Origin: the human T2T-CHM13v2.0 reference genome, Homo sapiens | Strand: one strand, 5' to 3' | Length of the DNA stretch: 64,000 bases | Assembly (NCBI RefSeq): GCF_009914755.1 | Contig: NC_060932.1 | Shown: positions 24,381 through 38,297 of the stretch, one piece after another | Numbering within the stretch: the first letter of the stretch is position 1 | How the letters are laid out: every line of letters begins with the position of its first letter | Program-made: the position numbers and the translations under genes | Notes under the pieces: generated by a model | Told to the model about the DNA's origin: nothing | What the model saw: only the letters and a program-made list of their open reading frames with translations | Database searches by the model: none

Positions 24381-27300
24381 AACTACTTTTATTGAGATAC
24401 ACTTCACATACAATAAAATTCACTTGTTTATAGTATACAATTCAGTGATTCTTTTAGCATATTTACAAAGCTGTGTGAACATCATCAGTCTAATTCAGAG
24501 TACATTCATCACTACAAAAAGAAACCCCAGACTCATTACCAGTCACTCCCTAAACCCTCTTTCTCCTCAATCCTGTGCAACAACTAATCAGTCTGTCTCT
24601 AGGGATTTGCCTATTCTGGACCTTTTATATAAATTGAATCATACCATATGTGGTTTTTTATGTCTGGCTTTATTCAATTAGCTAAGGTTTTTAAGGCTCA
24701 TCCATGTTATAGCATGTATCTGTCTTTGAATGCTTTACATGGCTGAATTACACTCTATTGTATGAATATACCTCACATTTATACATGCATCAATTGACGG
24801 AAATTTGGTTTGGTTCCACTTGCTGACTATAATGATTAATGTTTCTATGAATATTTGTGTACAAGTTTTTATGTAGATATGTTTTCAGTTATCTTAGTAT
24901 ATACCTAAGAATGGAATTATTGAGTCATATTACTCTGTTTAATTTTTTGAGCAACTGTCAAACTGCTTTGCAAAGTGTCTGCATGCAGGATTTGAGGGTT
25001 CCAACTTCTGCAGTCCTCATTCCTCGCCAACACTCGTTATTGTTCATCTTTTTTATTAGAGCCATTTCATAAGCATTTTAGAATCAGCTTATAAACAAGA
25101 TTGCAAAAACAATTTGTGAAGTGGTATATCATTGTAGTTTTGATGTTTATTTTCCTAATGACTAATAATGTCACACACCTTCTCAAGTGCATATTAGCCA
25201 TTTGTACCATATCTTTTTGGAGAGACTCTTGTTCAAATTCTGATGCCCAGTTTTAAATTGGGTTGTGTTTTTATTGTAGCATTATACAAATTATTTTATA
25301 TTCTTCATTCTACTCCTTGATATCAGATATATGGTATATGAATTGGAGATATGTTCTCCCATCCTATTTATTGTCTTTTCACTTTCTTAATGGTGCCCTT
25401 TGAAGCATAAAAAGTTTGAATTGTAATGAAGTTCAATTTATCTATTTTTTCTATTGTTGATTATGCTTTTGGTGTCATATTTAAGAAACTGTTGCTTAAC
25501 CCAAGGTTATGAAGACTTATGCCTATGTTTTCTTCTAATATATATGTGTATACATATTTATATTTAGATCTGTGACCTATTTTAATTTTTGTAGAACATG
25601 TGAGGTAGGCATCAAATTCTTTTGCATGTGGCTATCAGTCACTGAAGAACCATTTGTTGAAAAGATGATTCTTTCCTTCATTAAATTATATTGGCAACCT
25701 TGTTGATAATCAAATTGATCATAGATGTATTGATTTATGGACTCTGAATTCTATTCCACCAACATATATATCTACTGTCATACCAGTATTACACTATTTT
25801 GATTACTGTTGCTTTGTAGTAAGTTTTGAAATTGGGAAGTGTAACTTCTCCAGATTTGGACTTCTTTTTCATATTTTAACTATTCCAGGTTCCTTGCATT
25901 TCCATACAAATGTTCAGATCAACTTTTCAATACATGCAACAAAGGCAGCTGGTATTATACTAGGAATTGTGTTGAATCTGTAGATCAATTGGCAAGTATT
26001 ACTAGCCAAACAGAATTGTCTTGCAATTCATGAACACAGGCAGGCTGTTTTTTCACTAATTCAGGTCTTCAATTTCTTCCAATGATGTTATTTAGTCTCC
26101 AGTAAACAAATCTTGCACTTCATTTCTCAAATTTATTTCTAATTATTTTATTCTTTCTGAGGCTATTGTAAATATATTTTTTCTCCTACTTTTTAGATTG
26201 TTCATTGCAAGTGAATAGAAGTATAATTGATTCATATATATTACATTTTGCAATCTTGCCAAATAGGTTCATAAACTTTAATAGATTGTGGATTGTTTAG
26301 AATTTTCTACATGCAAGATCATATTATCTGTGAATAGTTTTATTTCTGGATTTTCAATCTAAAGGCCTCTTATTTTTCTTGTCTAATATTCCTAGCTCGA
26401 GCCTCCGATACAATGTTTTTGTTAATTTTGCTGACTTTTTCAAAGAACCAACTTTGGCTTCCATTTATTTTTCTATTGCTTTTTTATTTTCTATTTCATT
26501 TGTTTTCATTCTGGTCATTGTTATTAATTTTTTTCCAATTGCTTTGGGTTTTTCTTTTTTAGTTTCTTAGGGCAGAACATTATGTTATTGATTTGAGATA
26601 TTCCTTTTAATAAAGATGTTTATAGCTATAAATATTGCTTTCATTGTATCCCATGAGTTTTTATTTGTTTTTAATTTATCTCAAAGTGTTACTAATTCCA
26701 CTTTAATTTTCTGATTTGACCCATTATTTATTTAGGACTGAACTGTGTCCACATTTTTGTGAGTTTCACAATTTTTTTCTGTTAATAAATTCTAATTTAA
26801 TTTCATTGTTGCCAATGAGCATACTTTATATTGCTTACATCCTTTTACATTTATTAAAGTTCATCATATGACCTGGCATATGTTCTATCCTGAATAACAT
26901 TTCATGTAAACTTGAAAAGAATGTTTTTTCTACTGCTGTTGGTTAGTGTTCTATAGATATCTGTTAGGTCTAGTTGGTTTATAGTGTTGTTTAAGTCTTT
27001 TTCTTTTGCATTTTGCGTCTAGTTGTTCTGTTATTGAAAGTGAAGTACTGAAATATTCAGCTACTATTGAAGACCTGTTAATTTTTCCTTTCAATTATGT
27101 CCATTTTTTCTTCTTGTATTTTTAGGTTCTGTTGTTAGGGGCATATATATTTATAATTCTTATATATTCTTGTTGGGTCAATCATTTCACCATTATTAAA
27201 ATTTATTTGCCTCTAACAAAAATTTACATCTTAAAGTATATTTTGTCTGATATTTGCTTAGCCACTTCCAATTTTTTTCTTTTTTACTATTCTAATGGCA

Positions 27301-28066
27301 TATCTATTTCCACCCTTTTATATTCCACGTGTCCTAGAATCTAAAGTGTATCACTGTAGAAAGCATATGTTTGTATATTCTTAAATCCATTTTAAAATTT
27401 CTGCCTTTAGATTGAAATGTTTAATTCTATTACAACAAGTGTATTACTAATCATTTAGAATTTATGTCTGACATTTTGCTATTTTCTATATGTCTTGTAT
27501 CTTTTTTGATTCCTCTTCCTCTATCACTGCATTCTTTGTTGTAAAATAGTTATGTTCTAATGGCCACTTCTAAACTCTTATCTGTTAACTACATTTCTGA
27601 GATAAGGATTACAATTAACATCTTAACTCACACTAATTATTTTTAATTCCAACCTAATATCAATGATATTAAAAAAACTTGCTTCTAAGAAGTTTTATTC
27701 CATCAGCTGCCTTCGTGCTTGTATTGTCATAAAAACTACATCTATATACATCATATACTCAAAAACACAGATTTATAATTACTGCTTTATAAATTTGTCT
27801 TTTAAATCAGAAAGGAGAAAAAAGTATTACATACATTTTATAGACTTGTCTTTTAAATCAGAGAGGAGAAAAAAAGTATCACAAACAAAAAGTACATTTA
27901 TACTGTTTTTAACTTTTACCTATATAGTTACCTTCATCAGTGCTCTTCATTTCTTTATAAGTATTCAGTTTATTGTATAGTTTCCTTTTATTTACATCTA
28001 AAGGAATCTCTTTATTAGTCCTTGTAGAACTGGTTTGCTAGCAACAAATTCTCCTAGTTTTTATGT
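24381..28066 (-). mobile_element. L1MB (MB7/8-like): 3'UTR through ORF2 to the ORF1 3' region, with an internal deletion near 26410
   Basis: ttttattgagatacacttcacatac 3' end, gatttgcctattctggac, ORF2 motifs (gtaagttttgaaattgggaagtgt, ttttcaaagaaccaactttgg) and ORF1-end-like sequence near 28020-28066. Confidence 0.8.
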
Positions 28067-28174
28067 AAAAATATTGAAGACTTCACAAATTTTCGCAGCA
28101 TCCTGGTGTAAACACCATGTTAATCTTCTCTGTGCCATTCTAATTTTAGAAATATATTCTGTGGACATGAGCAT
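28067..28174 (-). pseudogene. Full-length, diverged U6 snRNA retropseudogene
   Basis: Collinear with the U6 reverse complement end to end (aaaatattgaagacttcac...ttaatcttctctgt...aattttag...gagcat); about 70-75% identity by eye; ACAGAGA box retained. Confidence 0.9.
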
Positions 28175-29069
28175 TTAATATCTACTCATATAGTATAAAA
28201 TTTGAAACATTATAGAGGATAAAGTTATAGACACAGACTTGCTATTTGTTTAGGGGCCATTTCAAGAGCATACTTGGGCAATATTAATATTGATGTTGCA
28301 ACTTCAATGTTACAATGTTGCTGAAAGATAAATAGACGAACCTCAAGTCATAGATGAACATCATCATGCAGCAAGATGACTAGCAAGATAAACAGATAAG
28401 CCCTAAGGTATCAAGATAAATAGATGAACCGTGAGTCATGACTTTTTGCTGATATGTAAGATTAAGCTTAATTACAAGTTGTCACATTTTTGCTGGTTTT
28501 CTTTAGTTAAAAAAGATCCTCTATCCTTTAGCATAAGTGAAATAAAAACATGGTAAATTTTGCATTAATTCCTAAACAAAAACATAAGCACTTTCAAAAA
28601 TGAAACCCATTAGCAGAGCTTTGTGTTTCCTGTGAAAATTAAATATATTCCACTGCCTTAAAAATTCATACATATTTTGAAATTTATATGTAAATTATTC
28701 CAGCATTTTAAATGATTTCAGTGCACACATAATTTCTTCTACCACCATCCTCTTCATTCCTTCCAATTAATTTTGTTAAGGAATTTTTTTTTTCTTTCTT
28801 TACCTTTTGTAGTTGTTGTTCCTTATTACATTTAGGTATGGTGAGGCCTCCTCTTCTGAACTCATTTTCTGCTGACAAATAAATAAGGCCTAGGTGCCTG
28901 TTCTGGCTTCCGAGGATGTTTAGGCTCAGACACGCTGGACTAGGCATAACCTAGCATCACTCTGTTTCTGAAGAATCTTTGTGGAGCTGATGAGCTTCTG
29001 AACACCTCAAACAGACATTTAAGAAGACTAAACACTCTGGGGGGTGGTGCATTTTATTTCCATCTTTTT

Positions 29070-30290
29070 ATTTTCATCATTTGTCTGGATAATACATGCC
29101 TTTGGAATAAAATTCAAAAGTAACTGGTGAATGAAAAGTAATTCTCTTACATTCTTTTTGCTTTAGATACCCAATTCCCTTTCCTAGAGTCAGTCACTGC
29201 TACCAGTTTTTTGTTTCAAGGGTAGTTTAGGCATATATGAGCGTGTGCCATATAGAGGCTGCTTTCTTTGATTAGAGTAAATTTGCAGGTTTTTTCTGAA
29301 TTATACTCTGCAGGAATCCGAAGTCTCTTGCTAAAATGAGACTCAAAAGGTAGAAGCCAGCTTTAGCGTGACCTTTACTGTCTCCTCATGGTCTCATCCA
29401 ATCGGTATCGTCTTTACATCTCATCAATTAAAGTGAGATCCATTCACTTTTACTGTGCTGATCCGCTCATCAGGGGGAAAGGATGTTATGTGGTGAGGTT
29501 TTAAACTATATGGATTGACACATTCATGACCTTGTTGAAATCTGGGCTGGGTCTCTCTGTGCTTGGGGCACAACCCTCAGGTTGCTTTCTGCCTTTAATA
29601 GCACCCGGGGGGTTCCCTTAACCTCTCTCCGGGGTTGAATCTCTTACTTTCTTTGTCCCACATGTTTCTTATTTTTGGTTTTCTACTTCATATTTGTGAA
29701 GAATATATTACAGTTGCTTCCTGGGAAATGGCATGTGAAAAGCAAAATGTTTAAAGATCCTTTATCTCTCCAATAACTTTATTAAGTTTGCACATATATA
29801 GAATTCTAGGTTAGATCTCATTTTCCTTGAAAATGTTGAACATATGAATTCATCAATCTAGGTTCCAGAGTTGATGTTCAAAATTCTAAAGTAATTATAA
29901 TTCTCAATACTATACATGTTTATTATTTGTTTCCCTCTTTTTTGTGAACAATTAGAACCATATCTTTGCTCCTAAGTGGTGTTCTTAACTTTACCATGAT
30001 TTGTTTAATTTAATCCATTATCTTGTGTGCTTGGTGGGCCTTTTAGGTAAAGAAATTTATGTCCTTTGTCTTCAGAAAACTATTTTCATGATTTCTCCCT
30101 CTACCTTTTCTCTGCTCCATCTTTCTGAAAATTGTATTATGCAGATATTGCATGTCTTGTATGAGTTTTCTAATTTTCTCTCTTTTTTCTATTTGACTTT
30201 TTGTTCTATTTCTTGATAGATTTCCCAAACTAATCTTCCAAATCTATTTTTTTCCCATTTACTCTCTAATATGTTTTAATGTTTTTGTGA
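29070..30290 (-). mobile_element. HAL1 / old L1ME-like fragments
   Basis: gttgcttcctgggaaatggcatg...tatagaattctaggttag...ttttccttgaaaatgttgaa resembles HAL1. Confidence 0.55.
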
Positions 30291-30439
30291 AGAAGGCAAA
30301 GCGTTGAAATAGGGATACCTATTTGAGTAGGTATTCCTAAACAATAGCATGTAAAGCAAGGGACTGGGAACTGTAATATACATGCATTTTCATGCAAAAT
30401 GCTTAACACATAGCAGACTCTCAATAAATGAATGGCCAT

Positions 30440-30490
30440 GGGATGGATGGATGGATAGATACATAGATAGATAGACAGATAGATAACATA
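30440..30490. repeat. (GGAT)n/(AGAT)n compound STR
   Basis: ggatggatggatggatagatacatagatagatagacagatagat. Confidence 0.85.
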
Positions 30491-33379
30491 GCCTACATTC
30501 TAGTCTCAATTTATACATCTTCCTCACATCATCTTTGGCATGTCATGCCCTCTCTTGGTTTGTTTCTAACTAGCAATTTCAGACTACATTTTTCTCTCTG
30601 CCATTAACAGCTCTAACATTATTTGATACTATCAATCAATTAATTTGTATTTTTATTAAATGCATAAGCTTTGATCTTTGTGACTATCCCGAATAACAAA
30701 TTATATATGACTGATATATATATAACATATATGCATATGTGCACATATGTTTTTCTAATTTACAAAGATTTAAGTTATCTCATATATAAGACTTACTATA
30801 CAGACAGACAATAACTAGTAACTTAGGATAGGTAAAAGAACTGAGCTCTTTATTATTTGAAATAAATTAAAAATCCACCTGAATTTACTTTTTTAATTTT
30901 CTGCAACACCTTAAAAATTTACTTTTAGTAAATAAATCAGAAAAGCAGCAGTACTGTGATTTGGTAAACTGAGTTCTTTGCATACATTTCAAAATGATTT
31001 CTTATATAATATATTATACACAGACGCAGCTATCCATACTGGTTCATTAAAATGTGGAACAGTTTCATACAACTCCAGTCATTTAGCAAGGGTCACATGA
31101 AAAATTTTCTTGTGACATGGAACATTGCAAAAGTTTTATATCTCTTGATACTGATTAAACAAAGGCTATCAAGCCTTCTCATACAATAATTTCCTATTTT
31201 AAAATAGTTTAAAAGTAAGCCTTCTAAATTCAATACTTTCACATATTTAAATCAGGCAGACAACAGCCAGATTTTTAAAAATCTTTGAGTCTGTTTGCCA
31301 ATCCACTAGTTAAGAAGTATGTTTTTCATTCATCTTTCTAAATGAAAGCAGCCTTGTCTGCACTGATTTCATCATCTCCATTGAAAATGTTTATCTGCCA
31401 AATGAAAAAGAAGAGTACAAATTAGAAACACTGATATATCTTCTGACATTATTTATGTAGGAGCTAGTTCTCAAGTTGTCATTACATTTACCACATGCAA
31501 ATTAGGAATGATTTGTTTGGAGACCCATAACTATTTCTAGATTCAAGATGTTTGGACAACTGTGGATAAAGTTTCATTATCAGACTGAACTAAATATGCT
31601 GTAATTATATATAAATGAGGATAATTTTTGCTCTATGAGCTTAAGTTATTAATCTACACAGGCCAAGTATACAGAATACAATCATTCTCCAAAATTATAC
31701 AAGAGTTTTTCCCAGCCAACTATTTGAGAAGTGGTGTTTGAAAAGTAAGGTCAATGATTGGTTGGACAGACAATGTCCACGTTTCTATCTGACTTTCCAT
31801 GTTTCTTCTGGTGTGTGAAACCCAGGCTAGCTTTGTACTTCACAAAACCTTGTGTTTCCCAGTTTTTTATCATTGATAGTGCCTGAAATTATTAGTTAAA
31901 TGTCTATTTTATCCAATAAACAATAGGTTCATAAGGTCCAAGGGCTCTGCTGTCTTATTCTCTTCTATACGTCTAATGCTACCATATTTGATTTCAGCAA
32001 ATGTTTGTTTAATTAATGGATTAGTAGATGAGTGAGACATGAATCAAAGAGAGGAAACCTAACGTGGGCTGACAATTAAATTATGGTATGGAAATTAGAA
32101 AGTTAAAGTTTTAATTAACGCTGTGTTTTATTAGATTTTTCCATGGCAATAATTTGGTTAACTTTGATATGCAAAATGTTATGTCCATGGGGTTTACAAA
32201 TAGTAAAAAATTATGGTATAGGTACATTTCCAGTTACCTGAGTCCTAGAGAGAGTAAGGAATCAACAACTAACAATAACAACAACAAAACCATTCAAGTT
32301 CTGTGCTGTATTTAAGAAATAGGGTTTAAGCATCCACCAGTATACTGAATTATGATTGCTAGACTAATTAGCAACATAATTCACTTAAATCACCTATGAG
32401 ATGCAGACCTCTCAGAATACTTATCATATTAATCGAATTAAATTTCACTGAATTTTGAGTTTTTCCAGTACATCAAAATTTTGTACTTAGGTAAAGATGA
32501 GATTGATATTTCCAACAACGGTTCTTTTTTCAGTATAGAAAATTTTTGCTAACTTTGCATTTTGTGCTCTTTTTAAAGCAATTTTCTGTTTTCTTTTGCT
32601 ATGTTAAGGAAATTTTGTTTATAAAAATATGCACTGTTTCCCTGCAGACATATAAACATGACTAGAATGCTACAATAGCAATGCTTTAGATATAATCTTT
32701 AAAAATTCCCTTATGTGCAACAGCATAGCCCAATGATTCATGAAATTGCTAAGTGCTGGGCATATTCCTTCTTATAAGACTAAGAGTTTATTCAAAACAT
32801 TTTTCTTTAAACTTGGAAATAAAAAACACAAACTCCACTCAGTGTGTCAGCATTTATATTAGGATGAATTTCTTACTCATGGGAAAAGCTTTAATTAAGT
32901 GCATTGGAAGTTTGATAATATAGATGGCTGGGAATAAAACAGAAAACACAGAAAAAGAAAAAGGAAAAACAGAAGGGAGGTCCTTTATCTGCCTATCAAC
33001 AAAACTATTAACCTACCTGCTTCTGTACTGTGTACTCAGCTTCCCTCCTCTGGAAAGGAAGAAATGTCTATTCCCTAAAAAAGGTCTTGTTCTCTCTTGG
33101 TGCTCAGGATCCCATCCCAGATTGCCAACCAGACTTTCCATTTGAAACTATCTTCTTTGTTCTACATCATCAATTTCTTCTTCTATACTTGCCTATTTTT
33201 CAAAAAATGTAAGAATGCTCTAGTATGTCTCATTTTACTTACTTTTTTTTAAAAAAAGCATGTTCCAGTATCTCATTCTGAAAAAAGCAAATTTCCCTTA
33301 ATTGAAAAATCTCTGTCCAGGTACTATCTCATGTCTCTTCTAACAATCACAGCAAAATATATAAACACATTTTGTATCT

Positions 33380-33660
33380 CATCAGATAAGGTTTTCCTTG
33401 AGTACCCAAGGTAAGGTCTTCATTACTGTCTATCATGTTTCATTGTTAATTTCCTTTATTTTTACCTATCACAGTCAGAACTTATTATATTTATCTAATT
33501 CATTAACTTTTAGATTTTATTTTCTTTCTCCTCCAAGTACCATGTAGGTTCTTTGGGGCAGATTCCTTTAACTCTCTTGTTCATCACTGCATCTTAGGCT
33601 CCTAGAAGGGCTCAGAACATAGTAGTTCCTCAACAGGTATTTATTGAGTGAATGAAAGAA
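33380..33660 (+). mobile_element. L2 3' end
   Basis: cttgttcatcactgcatc...acatagtagttcctcaacaggtatttattgagtgaatgaa. Confidence 0.7.
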
Positions 33661-34659
33661 CCTACACCAACCAGTTTCTTTGGAAAAATCAACAGTATCT
33701 GAACCCTGGGATTAGAGGTCAACGCTAATTACAGTGCAAACAAGGCAAAATGTTTTGTTACCACCTTGTATTTATCCTTTCTCCTTCTTTCTTCCAGATA
33801 CCTAGTACCCTTTTCTCTTTTCATTGTAATATTCTATCTAGTATTTTGCCCTTTATACAGACCTCAATTCTCAGTAATCATTTGTTTCAATAATCACACA
33901 ATTAAAGTAGTCCATCTCTCTTTAGAAGAGTATTAAGAAACAAGCTATTTAATTTAATTCATCATATTTATAATAAATTTAAGTATTTTTTCTGCCTACT
34001 TTCCCTGAGTGCATCTTAAATTTTTCAAAGAAACAATTACATCATAGCTGTGTTTGGTAGGAAATCAGGTTTTGTCCGATTCTTCAAACATCTTCATTAA
34101 TTCCCAAAAAGATCTATTTAACTATTTCCCAAACAACTTTTACCACTTTTTCCACTGTCCTTGTATATTGGTCCTCAGCATAGCATACATAATTTCTAAA
34201 ATTACTTTCATAATTTTTATCTTTCCGAACCTTCTTTTCTTACTTTTCTCACTTCTGTGAATAGGACCGTCATCTACCTTTATCATATTTGACAATCATC
34301 ATAAGACTTTATTGCTCAAGGTACAAAAGAGTTATCGACTTACTTCTCTCTCTACTTATTTGGTTGTCAAATGATGTTAGTCCTACCTGCAAAATGACAT
34401 AAAATACATAAATTCCTCTTCTTACATATAACTTTTACTTGTTCCATTTTAGTGGTGAACCTTGCACCATGCCTTCCAAGGTAGGCCCTCCTTTTACATA
34501 AATAAGCCTTGTCCACGCAATCAGTATATCTTGCTAAAATGCAAATATTTATGTCATTCCCACAACAAGAAAATAATCCCTTCACAATCTATACCTTGCT
34601 TTACTTCTCAAACCAAACTCTCGACCTTTTCATATACAACACATGACAATTATAACTAA

Positions 34660-34835
34660 AATGTCAACTTTTATTGAGCATTTATCCCATTCCTTGTGGC
34701 ATTCTAAATGTTTCACCTGGAGAAACTCATTTATTTCTTACAATAACACATTGAGAAAAAAGCACTATCATTAGAATCAATTTAAAGATGAATAAAGTGA
34801 TTCCTACAAAGGTTAAGTAATTATCCCATGTAGTG
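34660..34835 (-). mobile_element. MIR
   Basis: tttattgagcattta...actcatttatttcttacaataac...aaggttaagtaattatccca. Confidence 0.6.
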
Positions 34836-37124
34836 AGGGGAATCAGGATACAGTGTTTAACTGTTTCCAAAAAAAAAAAAGAAAAAGACAAAATAAATAA
34901 AGACTGTGCTTTTGCTCATTTCCATCATCACTGTTGTGTAAAGAAACTTAGGCTCATAGAGGGTAGGTAAAGATCCTAATATCACAATTTCAGTAAAACT
35001 CTTGAGTAGCTGAGCCCAGGCCAATCTGAATCTACCTTGTGTCCCCTTTACTACTCCAGCTCTTAGAGCATCTAGTCCTTAAGATGAGCCAGAGAACCCC
35101 AAAACACTCACTCTTCCAACACATTTAGGTATTGACTGCAATTTGATGACTTCATTAAATGCCTTGGGCTATACATGACAACGTTCGAAAAGGAAAAATG
35201 TTATGAAAACATCTGGTCTACTTCATTCTCTCCAAATTCCATCTACCAACAGTTTAACATCAATCTGTGAGAACGTTAAATGTATGCAATTTTCTTTAAA
35301 ACAATGAGGAAAATATTATTTTTTATGAAGTAAAATGATGTGATTAAAGCACTAAATTCAGTCCAGTTATGACTATGAGCAAGGTTAGAAATGAATTGAG
35401 GTCTCCATACCATAGGGCATTAGTGAAGTCATTCCAAGGGTCAATAACCAGGAATGCTTCAATGGCTCAAATATACCCATGAGTGCTCACTCAGGCTGCA
35501 TGTAGGTTCAGAAATGACTTCTGTTTTGAATGAAGATGAAAAGAGGTACTAAAATTCAACAGAATTTTGTAATTATAAGTCAGACTTGGCAAATAGTTTA
35601 ATAATCTAACACAAACAACAACCCTAAAATTACTTTACTTTTTTCCTACTAGGCACAAAGAGTCAGAAAATATTTTAGACATTCCTCATACTGAAAGGAA
35701 AGTAAGCACAGCTGAATGTCACTGTAGGCTAGGAAATTAGCATACAGATTTTTTGCTGTTGGTGATCACAGACCATGTAATTCCAAATAAACAGTAATAG
35801 AATAGTGTCCACAGTCCTAACACAAGGTCTACATTAATCATCAGTTAATTTTTAAAGTAAATTCATTGCCAGTAGCTATGAATCATAAGAATCCTTTAGC
35901 CCAATAGAAAAATACATACTTTTATGTTGTGTAAATGTTCTCTATCTTGGTAAACAAGTTTAGCTATTGATAATTGGTATGGTACACCTGCACACATTCT
36001 CTAAGTATTTGGACTGACAATCAAACTGTGTAACTTTGAAGAAGTTTGAGAAGAGCAGAGCCCAGCCCAGATGATGAACACTGATCTTGAATATACTGGA
36101 GAAGATGTAAATGTTAGCACAGCAATTCTTTTATTGCATTGAGCTTTTTTTACTTTTAGAAACTACATATCAATAAAGCTACAGGTGTTCAGTCTCCCAA
36201 CAGGCTGTTACCAAGTCACTCGAGTTTATTTTTTCTACTTTTCAGTTTCTCCAATAACATTATTCAAACGATGAACCAATTTCACTTTTAACTATTAAGT
36301 AATTTAACATTGACCATCTGAATAATTCTAAAATATATTTTTGTGAAAATTTATTATTTGGAGTTTCAACATTTAATAAATGACAATCTAAATAGTTATT
36401 ACTCATTGCAAAATGGTCAAACACAAGGTTTAGTTGTTTCAAGGTGAAACCTTCCTTACTTCCAATAATTCTTCCATTAAAGGGCCAAACATAATAATGC
36501 CAATTCCAAAGGCAGAACATATGAGCAGAGCAATCTGTTTAAAAGAGTATTCCTGTGGGGAAAATAGAAAAATACAAGAAAAATATCTCTATTAGAAGGA
36601 AAAGGCAAATAGCGAAAATAATGAGCTTTGAAGTTAGAGACAGCAACTCTCTTTAAAAATGGTCTAGCAACTACTTATATACAGCATTGATGGAACATAA
36701 TTCACAATAAGACCCACAAGAAAAGTCATAATTTCTGTAATTGTTATTGTCAGTAATAATTTTTTAAAACCCTTCTTTTTTAAACTAAATTTTGCAACAT
36801 CTACTTACAGGTGCTGACAGCATCTTGTGTTTCACTGACTTTTTTTTTTACTAGAAGTGCTATTAATGTGATCATAATCAGAAAAATTCACACTGAAATG
36901 CACTAGTTTGAACGTGAGATGTGCTGGCAAGCCACTCTCATTACAAGTGACAAGGGATCTGATGCCTTTGTCACCCCATGAATGTTCTAGGATGATTCTA
37001 TCAAGCAAGATACTTTTTCTCCTGCAGCTCCACATTTCTGCAATTTAGCACATTTCAAGATAAAAGAGGTCACGTGCGTAACCATCACCAACATTACTTA
37101 TTACTTTTCTTCTGCAGTCTTTCA

Positions 37125-37268
37125 TATCCAACTTGAGCGTAAACCTCATGGGGGCAGAAGCAAGAACTATTTTGATTTTGCTCACTGGACCATCTCTATT
37201 GCCTAAAATAGTATCTGGTGCATGGAAAGTGCTGAATGTTTGTTGAATGAAAAAAAATGAATGAACAA
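37125..37268 (+). mobile_element. L2 3' end fragment
   Basis: aaacctcatgggggcag...gcctaaaatagtatctggtgcatgg...tttgttgaatgaa. Confidence 0.6.
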
Positions 37269-37860
37269 ATACTATTGCAAGTTGATAACATCTGTCCCTT
37301 TTAAATACTTACAATTTTTTTAATAAAATAATAAAAACAGAATTAAAAGTTCAATAAGCATTTATTCCATTCTACTTGAATGGAAGTCTTCATATTTACA
37401 ACAACAGCAAACTCTAATGTTCTATGCTGGGTACTGTGCATATAGAACTTTTTATACCAACTGTGAAGTAGATATGACTATTGCTCTTTTACAAATGGGA
37501 AAATGAACCTTATAAGAGACATGTAAATAGACCACAGAGAGTAAGTGGTACAGTTAAGATTGTAACTGATGTTGGAAAAGCTCATATATTAAGTCAAATT
37601 AAGTTTGGCTTTATAACAATCATGACTTAAACTCAAAGCTGGTGTGGCAGCTGTACTCTCTAAGGTTCTTAGGAACTGACACTTCATCCTGCTCCCTTGT
37701 CTAACGTACTTGAAGTGTCGTTTTTGTTCTCAGATGCCAGGTAGCAAGATGGAGAGAGAATTAAAGATGAGTAGTGAGGAATACATAAAAATTGCCTGTT
37801 AATAAAGGCTTCTAGAAGCTAACACATTTGCTTACATTTCATTGACCAGAATGCAACCAC

Positions 37861-38297
37861 TGTAATAGGCCGAGATATGTCCTCAAAATTCATATGTGGA
37901 GGTCCCAACTCCAGTACCCCAGAATGTGACCTTATAAAATAGGCTGAAAACAGGGCATTGTGGATGTAATTTGTTGAATTTATACGAGAGTAGGGTGGGC
38001 CTCAAATCCCAAATGACTGGTGTCCTTATAAAAAGAATGCCATGTAAAGAGACAGACATGAACACAGTGAGAATCCCTTGTGAAGACTGGAGTTATGCTA
38101 CCACTATCCAAGGAGCAACCAAAAGCCGGAAGAAAGGCCTGGAACAGATCCTTTCCTAGCACCTCAGAGGGAACATTGCCCTGCTGATACCTGGATCTTG
38201 GACTTCTAACACCCAGAACTGTGAGACAACACATTTCTGTTGTTTAAGCTACTTAGTTTATGGTACTTTGTTAGGGCAGCCCTAGCAAACCAATACA
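37861..38297 (+). mobile_element. MLT1B solo LTR
   Basis: tgactggtgtccttataaaaaga, gaacagatcctttcctagcacctcagaggg and the end ...gcagccctagcaaaccaataca. Confidence 0.85.
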
